DNA from: an uncultured Acidimicrobiales bacterium
GTDB lineage: Bacteria > Actinomycetota > Acidimicrobiia > Acidimicrobiales > SZUA-35
Direction of reading: 5' to 3'
DNA length: 64,000 nucleotides
NCBI GenBank assembly: GCA_963803875.1
Contig: CAWDOA010000009.1
Coordinates: 26,216 to 90,215, forward strand
A program made the position numbers and the translations under genes. Shown here in pieces: positions 57,781-64,000 of this stretch. Below the pieces are notes generated by a model. The model ran no database searches. It was not told the origin of the DNA and saw nothing but the letters and a program-made list of their open reading frames with translations. Each line of letters starts with the position of its first letter. The stretch's first letter is position 1.

Positions 57781-60056
57781 CTAACCCAACCGACAAGGTT
57801 GGGCTCGAAGCGTCCCACACGCCGGAGAGTCTGTTGGCACGGTCACCTCGAATGCATCAGGGTCGATCTGGGGCAACAAGACCCTTGAACCGGCGAGGAT
57901 CTCGACCCGGATTGGAGTGGGGATCACATCAAATGCCCACTCCGCACGACTCGCGCCTGGCGTATCGATTGTGAGGACCACGCGGTGGCCGTCACGAAAC
58001 ACGTGGGCGAAGGCGAGAGTGCCGATAGAGGCATCAACCACCTCACCGGAATCAACAGGGCGAATGTCGGATTCGCGGTTGGAGATACGGTGATTCAGAG
58101 GAGTGTTGTCCGCTGAACCCACGCGTCGGCTGAGGCGGAGCCAACCGGATTGGATGAAGGTCTCTGAGCCGTCCGGGGCGAGATCAGAAAGTGTGATTTC
58201 GAGGTCGGCGTCGGGCTCTCCGTCGGGAAGTTGAACTCTGAGCTCTGCAACCGAGGACCCTGTGAGAACCACGGTATTGGTGAACTCGTCACTGACGAAT
58301 CGGGCGCTGTTGGCCGCATCGGCTAGCGGCCAGTCCCAATTGGGCGTGGAACCCCAGATCTGATCGGTGGCACCGATGATCAGCCGGGACCCTTCTGACG
58401 GATCGCTCACAAAAGATCCCACCACACCGCTCCCCTCGGCGGTTGGCCTCGAGCCGATCTCCAGCGACCCGCTGTTGCCGAGAGCGAACTCCAGGATCGA
58501 GGTTTCTTCAATAGGCCATTCGTTGAACGACTGGGCGAACCGTGGCTCAGGGAGATTCCGCAGTTCGGCGCCCACTTCGTAGAGCACCCGGATCGGTGCG
58601 TCAGCTTCATAACGTGACCGAGCGGTTTCGTAATCCAGCCCCTTGAGATTGGATTCGGGAAACGAAAGGGCGCTGCCGAAGAACGATGTTGTTCCGGCCC
58701 CGACCACGAATTCCAGGAGTGGTGTGGCCTCGGGAGCCCGCCTGGCCACATACAGGTCGTAAAATTCAAGCAGTGGAACCAGGACTGCGGGCGCCAGAGG
58801 ATCGATGTGAAGTCCGTTGTATAGAGTCGCTCGGAACGAAGGTGAGTTGTCGAAGTCATCGAGTAGCTGGGTGAAGCCACCGCCGGTTTGTTCGTCCTGC
58901 CAGGCACCTGCGAGATACACCGGCACGCTGATCTCACTGACAAAGGACTCAGGTGATCGGTCGCGACTCAATGCGGTGGAAAACGGCTCGCCGAGTGCGG
59001 TCGCGACCAGATCCGGGTTGTGAATCCTCAACGACTGGTTCGAGTCGCAGATCGAGTCGCCTGCTTCAACCCGGTCCCGAGTCCAGGGCTGCCCGAAAGG
59101 CTGGGCAGCCAGACCGACCTCGGTCGCCCAGCGCTGGCCGAACCCATTGTTGAATATTCCTCCAGGGAAAAGCGTGTCCTCGACTGTGGCAATAACCGAG
59201 AGCGGGGCGATGGCGTCGAGGCTCGGAGGGCGGGTTGAGGCGACGTGCAGCTGCATGATGCCCGGGTAACTGACTCCCCACATGCCGATCCCGTTTGACC
59301 ACGACTGTGCGGCAACCGTTTCGATCACGTCGTAGCCGTCCAGACGCTCCAACTGCGAGAACCCGTCGTACACACCTCCGCTGCATCCAGTTCCGCGAAC
59401 GTTCACTTGGACCAGGGCATAGCCCAGCAGGGGTAGTGTCAGCCGTGCCGGGTCGGCAGCACCTGGGTTCGAGGGGGAGTAGCCCGAGTACTCCACCAGC
59501 GTGGGAAACGACTTTTCCGGATCGTTCGACCCCGCCGGGAGGGTTACGTGGGCGGACAGAAGCGTTCCATCGCGTGTCTCGATGTAGTTGAGACCGGGCT
59601 GGAGAAGCTGGGAATCATAGTGTCGCTGAGGTGGGGCGCGCCGCCCGGAAGGACCACTGATCCGGCGGCGGCCACCAAGCGATCGCCGTCCCACACCTCG
59701 AGTTCGACGGTGCCTTGAGACAAACCCAGGAGTGCCGCGCTGCCAGACTCAGAAACGTTCGAACGCGTCATGACTTCGCCCGTCTTTGCATCGATCGCTC
59801 GGATCTCTGTGCCGGGCTCACCATCTTCCACTATGACTTGGGAGAAAGCGGTCTCGAGTTGCAGCGAAACCGTCGGGGCGACTGGATCTGGCACGGTCAC
59901 GCTGGAGTCTTCCGGATCCTGGGAGAGCGACTGGTTTGTGCCATCTGCCGAGGACTCGTTGAGGGTCTCGGGCGAACCGGATTCGGCACCGGTACACGCA
60001 CAAGCAAGCAGAACGAGCGCGACCAAATACCGCAGGGCGTGGAGGGGGATACTCAC
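57781..60056 (-). pseudogene. CocE/NonD (X-Pro dipeptidyl-peptidase S15) family hydrolase lipoprotein, frameshifted near 59633
   Basis: ORF 59544-60056 gives a signal peptide with lipobox (LVLLACACTG) and an N-terminal domain. Frame changes at ...VVLPGGAP|PQRHYDSQLLQPGLNYIETRDG... into ORF 57781-59694 (S15 hydrolase: NVRGTGCSGG). The shift is in a GGGG/CCCC run at 59633-59636. Confidence 0.75.
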
Positions 60057-60347
60057 TTCACTATTGTGGCTCAGGAAGAAGCCAGTATGTCGTGAGGGTC
60101 AGGTTTGGGTGGACATCGATGACAGATCGCACAGGGGTCCGACTCTTTCGGGCTTTCATCGCCTACTTTCTTGGTCCCGAGCGGAGTGGTGTCGAAAGGC
60201 GCCCCTGCTTTGTTGTCCCAGTACTTCTACGATCAAGGCTTTCGACCGCCCCATGAGTTCGACAGCAGCAGCGCGCCAGAGACCCCGCGGACGTGCCGGT
60301 ACATGCGGTGCCGTTTCCAATCCCAGCTATTCCAGACCAAGGCCAGC

Positions 60348-62750
60348 ATGACCGGATCCGCTGTGTCGCCGCTTGGCCGTTACCGCCTGCGCTTGATGGC
60401 ACTGGCTGCGTTGGTTCTACTCGGTGGAGCGGCAGCGAGTATCGCACTGACGGTTTCCGCCGAGGCCGAGCAGCCCTGGGTCGAGTCCGGATGGAGCGGG
60501 GGTGAGCTGCCGAATGTGTCGGTCGTCCTTCGCAGTATCTCGAGCTCGGATCCCTCCATCGAAGAACGTCTGTTGCCAGCGGTACGCCAAATCGCTGGGG
60601 TCGAGTCCGCCTTTGTCGATGTGCTCCCTACCGGCCCGCCAGTTATTCACCTCGTGGTGCCGGATGCCGGTCGGCTCGACGAAGTGACCGAGGAGATAGC
60701 GGAGTTGTCATCCGAAGTTGGTGAGGGTGAACTGTTGATTGGCGGTCAGGTCGTGGTCGACAATGAAGTCAACGGTTCGATCACCTCGGCAACCTTGGTA
60801 GCACTTGTTCCTGTTGTCATTATCCTCGGATTCGTCGTTGCAGCCCTGCACGGATCCGTCGTGGGGGCCGCAGCCACAATTTCGGCGGGCCTGTCGGCCC
60901 TCCTCGGAGGAATGATCGGTTCGAGCGTGGCAGGTGCCTTCGATGGCACGCTCGCCACAACCGTCGTGCCCGGGGCTCTTGCGGGTCTCTTGGTGGGCGT
61001 CACGGTCGTCTTTCGACTCATTACGTGGTTCAAGCACCCCGACGCCGATGATGCAACCGACAACATACTGGCATCGGTCATCGCCCAGCTGCCCGACCTC
61101 GGCCTGGTACTCGGCAGCCTTGGCGTTTTGCTTGTCGGAGGGCTCTTCTTTGATGGTTGGAATGCTCCCGTATCGATCTTCATGGGTGCCCTTTTCGGAG
61201 CGCTCGCAACTCTGGCAACCATGCCGGCCCTGCTCTCCACCCAGGGTTCGATTCACGACAACGCTGAGTTTCAAACGGTTCCGATCAAGATCTCTGACGG
61301 CCGCGACCTGCCACTCGCCGTCCTGGTGGCGATCGCCGTATTGCTGCTGGGACTGGGAGCAGTGGCAGCGAGCACGACGTCGTCCCGTTCGCTTCTTGAC
61401 GCCTCTGCGGTTGACAATGAGTCCGCTCAGGTATCGGAGCAGTTGGTTCGGCTGGGTGGCGACCCCTCTGCGGCTATCAGAGCAACGGCTCCCGATGGCG
61501 CCGAGGACTGGTTCGCCGACTGGTCGATGAGCGCGAGCCGATACCCCGGCGTCGAGTGGGTTGCCACCGCAAGCGGGCGTTACGAAGATGGAGAGTTGGT
61601 TTCCGATGCTTCGACGGCGCCACCGATCGGCGCAACAACAGCGATCATCAATCCCTCAGAATCAGCCCGATCCCGCCAAAGCCAAGACACGGTACGTGCC
61701 TTATCCGAGATTGAAGCAGACGGGGAGGTTCGGCTCGAGGGTCTCCCGGTAGCAGCGCACGATGCGACCCAAGGAGCTGATCGATCGTTATGGGTGATGG
61801 TTACCGCACTCTCGGTCCTTGCCGGAGCTGTAGTCCTGTTTCTCGTGGGCGACGCCGGCCTGGCTGTTGTGGTAGTTGCGACCCGACTACTCACCTCAGC
61901 CGCCTCGCTTGGGGCGTATCACGTCGTTGTCGATACCCCGACTGCCGGCGAACTCGAGATCCTCCTGTTACTTCTATCCACTGGTGTTTCCCTCTTTGAG
62001 ATTGGCTTGATCCGAATGATCCTTGAAAATGAAGAATCCCACATTGGCTCCCTGGTATCAGCGGCGATGCGGTCCGGAGGCGGTCAGCCCGTCGCAGGGC
62101 TTGGTGTCATTGCGCTCGCCGGAATAGGACTGCTCGCATCCAGCGTCGATCTCGTAGCTGCGTTCGGCATTGCGCTTGCCGTCGCCGCGATCATCGAGGT
62201 GGTATTGGGTATCTGGCTGTTACGGCCCGTCATCATCGGCGAACAGACGCTCCGGTCAGGGTCTCCTGGAGGGCGCGGTCGTTCTATCATCGGCCGTCGT
62301 GGACCGTCCGAGGGTGAACCGGTCAACCCCGAATGGCGCCGTGTCGTTTCGGGTTTGCTCCGTGAAGAGTTTCGTTTCCAGACAGAGCCCGATGAGGCCG
62401 ATTTGGGAACCGTCTTCGTCGAGGACACGCCGCTGTATAGCGAGCTGTCCCAACACAACCTGCGCCTTCGACAGAATGGTTTGAAGATCCGCGGTGAAGG
62501 GCCAACTGTTGTCAGTGTCAAGGCGGTGAATGATGGCGACCCCGTGACCGTGGCTATCACGGTCGATCACCCGTCTCGACAACTACTCGCCGCTGACGGA
62601 AGATTGCTCGGCGTGAGGGCTGCAGAACGCAGAGACGGCATGCTCTGGCTGGCGCAGGACCCCAGTGGCCGGTACCGAATCGCGGAGGCGGTCGACATGG
62701 GTAGCGGTCTTCCGATCCCTGAAGAGTCCAAGTCACAAACGGTCTCGTAG
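60348..62750 (+). CDS. MMPL/RND-superfamily-like membrane protein with C-terminal cytoplasmic extension
   Basis: Start taken at ATG 60348. Two homologous halves, each 1 TM + extracytoplasmic domain + 5 TM. A roughly 150-aa soluble tail follows aa about 640. Confidence 0.55.
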   Translation: MTGSAVSPLGRYRLRLMALAALVLLGGAAASIALTVSAEAEQPWVESGWSGGELPNVSVVLRSISSSDPSIEERLLPAVRQIAGVESAFVDVLPTGPPVIHLVVPDAGRLDEVTEEIAELSSEVGEGELLIGGQVVVDNEVNGSITSATLVALVPVVIILGFVVAALHGSVVGAAATISAGLSALLGGMIGSSVAGAFDGTLATTVVPGALAGLLVGVTVVFRLITWFKHPDADDATDNILASVIAQLPDLGLVLGSLGVLLVGGLFFDGWNAPVSIFMGALFGALATLATMPALLSTQGSIHDNAEFQTVPIKISDGRDLPLAVLVAIAVLLLGLGAVAASTTSSRSLLDASAVDNESAQVSEQLVRLGGDPSAAIRATAPDGAEDWFADWSMSASRYPGVEWVATASGRYEDGELVSDASTAPPIGATTAIINPSESARSRQSQDTVRALSEIEADGEVRLEGLPVAAHDATQGADRSLWVMVTALSVLAGAVVLFLVGDAGLAVVVVATRLLTSAASLGAYHVVVDTPTAGELEILLLLLSTGVSLFEIGLIRMILENEESHIGSLVSAAMRSGGGQPVAGLGVIALAGIGLLASSVDLVAAFGIALAVAAIIEVVLGIWLLRPVIIGEQTLRSGSPGGRGRSIIGRRGPSEGEPVNPEWRRVVSGLLREEFRFQTEPDEADLGTVFVEDTPLYSELSQHNLRLRQNGLKIRGEGPTVVSVKAVNDGDPVTVAITVDHPSRQLLAADGRLLGVRAAERRDGMLWLAQDPSGRYRIAEAVDMGSGLPIPEESKSQTVS

Positions 62751-62835
62751 AGCAGACGTCTCAGCGCAGGCCAGATTGGCGTAATGGCTTGGCTAACCTC
62801 GGAGTTGGACCGATGCCCGCCTCGAAGGACCCAAC

Positions 62836-64000
62836 GTGAGTCATGACCTAAACATGCCCGGAATAGCCAACTCGGTCCTCGACCTGATCGGGCATACCCC
62901 CATGGTTCAGCTACAGCAGGTCGGGGCGGATCTCGAATGTCCGGTTGTGGTGAAGTACGAAGTATTCAATCCAGGGGGCAGCGCCAAAGATCGCCCCGCA
63001 CTGAAGATGATCATCGATGCTGAAGAGGCCGGCCTTCTCAAACCCGGGGGCACGATCATCGAGCCGACGAGCGGCAACACCGGAGTCGGGCTCGCCATCG
63101 TTGCCGCCCAGCGGGGGTACCAGTGCATCTTCGTGGTTACCAACAAGGTCGGTGTGGAGAAGGTCGATTTGTTACGGGCCTACGGTGCTGAGGTGGTTGT
63201 TTGCCCGGTCGCAGTTGCCCCTGAAGACCCTCGGTCCTACTACAGCACCGCCGAGCGCCTGGTGAAGGAAACCCCAAACGCATATCGGCCCAACCAGTAC
63301 GCAAATGATTCCAATCCTCAGTCTCACTACGAAACCACCGGTCCCGAGATCTGGGATCAGACCGAGGGCAGGGTCACCCACTTCGTGGCCGGCGCCGGGA
63401 CGGGAGGAACGATCAGTGGGGTGGCGAGGTATCTGAAAGAGCAGAATCCTCGAATTCAAATAGTTGCAGCAGATCCTGAGGAGTCGGTCTTTTCCGGTGG
63501 ATCCGGTCGCCCGTACCTGGTTGAAGGTGTGGGCGAGGATTTCTGGCCCAGCACCTATGATCCCAGCCTGGTGGATCGGGTCATTCCGATCTCGGATGCC
63601 GATTCATTCAAGACTGCGCGGCTGGTGTCACAGAAGGAAGGTCTCCTCATAGGTGGATCTTGTGGAACCGCGGTGGCCGCAGCCCTCACAGTGGCATCCG
63701 AACTTGGCCCCGACGATCTCGTGGTCGTTCTGACTCCCGATTCCGGCCGCGGCTACCTGAGCACCGTGTTCAACGACGAGTGGATGGGCCGTTTCGGCTT
63801 CCTCGAATCCAGCGGCCCGTCCGTTGCCGACGTACTTGGTTCACGGAATACCGATATGCGCCCGAATCTGGTGTATGTGCAACCCGAGGATTCAGTACGC
63901 GACGCCATTCTCCTGATGCACAAACACAGCGTCAGCCAAATGCCGGTCGCCCAGGGCGAGATGCCGCTGGCAAATGCAGAAGTCTTTGGTTCGATCGACG
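62836..64000 (+). CDS. cbs: cystathionine beta-synthase-like PLP enzyme with CBS domains, 3' end cut by window edge
   Basis: Not in the ORF track because it runs off the window. Translation from GTG 62836 (or ATG 62854): ...VFNPGGSAKDRPALKMI...EPTSGNTGVGLA...GAGTGGTISG...GGSCGTAV..., then a CBS-domain start (...VRDAILLMHKHSVSQMPV...). Confidence 0.9.
   Translation, partial: MSHDLNMPGIANSVLDLIGHTPMVQLQQVGADLECPVVVKYEVFNPGGSAKDRPALKMIIDAEEAGLLKPGGTIIEPTSGNTGVGLAIVAAQRGYQCIFVVTNKVGVEKVDLLRAYGAEVVVCPVAVAPEDPRSYYSTAERLVKETPNAYRPNQYANDSNPQSHYETTGPEIWDQTEGRVTHFVAGAGTGGTISGVARYLKEQNPRIQIVAADPEESVFSGGSGRPYLVEGVGEDFWPSTYDPSLVDRVIPISDADSFKTARLVSQKEGLLIGGSCGTAVAAALTVASELGPDDLVVVLTPDSGRGYLSTVFNDEWMGRFGFLESSGPSVADVLGSRNTDMRPNLVYVQPEDSVRDAILLMHKHSVSQMPVAQGEMPLANAEVFGSID

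Overview
High-GC actinobacterial-type chromosomal segment. The family content points that way: LLM/F420-type oxidoreductase, Rv2466c-like DsbA-family reductase, MmpL-like transporter, class F sortase, OtsA, MsiK-like ATPase. The exact taxon cannot be determined from sequence alone. I can support about 60 protein-coding genes plus one tmRNA. I saw no rRNA, tRNA, CRISPR array, transposase or integrase. Most of the window is housekeeping: ftsH, a mannose-activation/glycosylation cluster (GT-C-like membrane protein, GtrA-GT2 fusion, manB, manA, SIS isomerase), ahcY, comF, secA, prfB, ftsEX, ssrA/smpB, tdk, ung, aroA, otsA and a cbs-like gene cut by the 3' edge.

Observations worth a second look:
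1. A full-length Rv2466c/DsbA-like reductase gene (45315-45932) is interrupted by a single in-frame TGA. The TGA sits exactly on the first Cys of the CPWC redox motif, and a hairpin follows about 15 nt downstream. It is either a candidate selenoprotein or a nonsense pseudogene.
2. A dispersed, strand-asymmetric (pyrimidine-rich) intergenic repeat family with core TCCCTCCGGGGGCC. It includes a 124-bp x 2.5 tandem array and a copy inside an otherwise tightly coupled operon. Copies sit at every break in the usual prfB-ftsEX-smpB-ssrA synteny.
3. A 10-kb, nine-gene translationally coupled polyamine/guanidino-amine uptake and catabolism operon (PotABCD-like transporter, agmatinase-family enzyme, Lrp, GNAT, C45 Ntn-hydrolase, class III aminotransferase) plus a divergent FAD oxidase.
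4. A class F sortase adjacent to (stop and start codons abut) a 657-aa protein. That protein combines an N-terminal cytoplasmic pseudokinase, a TM helix, a Thr/Pro linker, DUF4397-like repeats and a C-terminal sortase-type sorting signal.
5. At least five indel-type frame disruptions in four genes (manA, a crotonase, an MFS transporter with two, a CocE/NonD hydrolase), all in short G/C runs. This means either assembly indel errors or real gene decay, and it affects how every other call here should be read.

All coordinates come from reading the sequence and the supplied ORF track. No database search or RNA folding was run.
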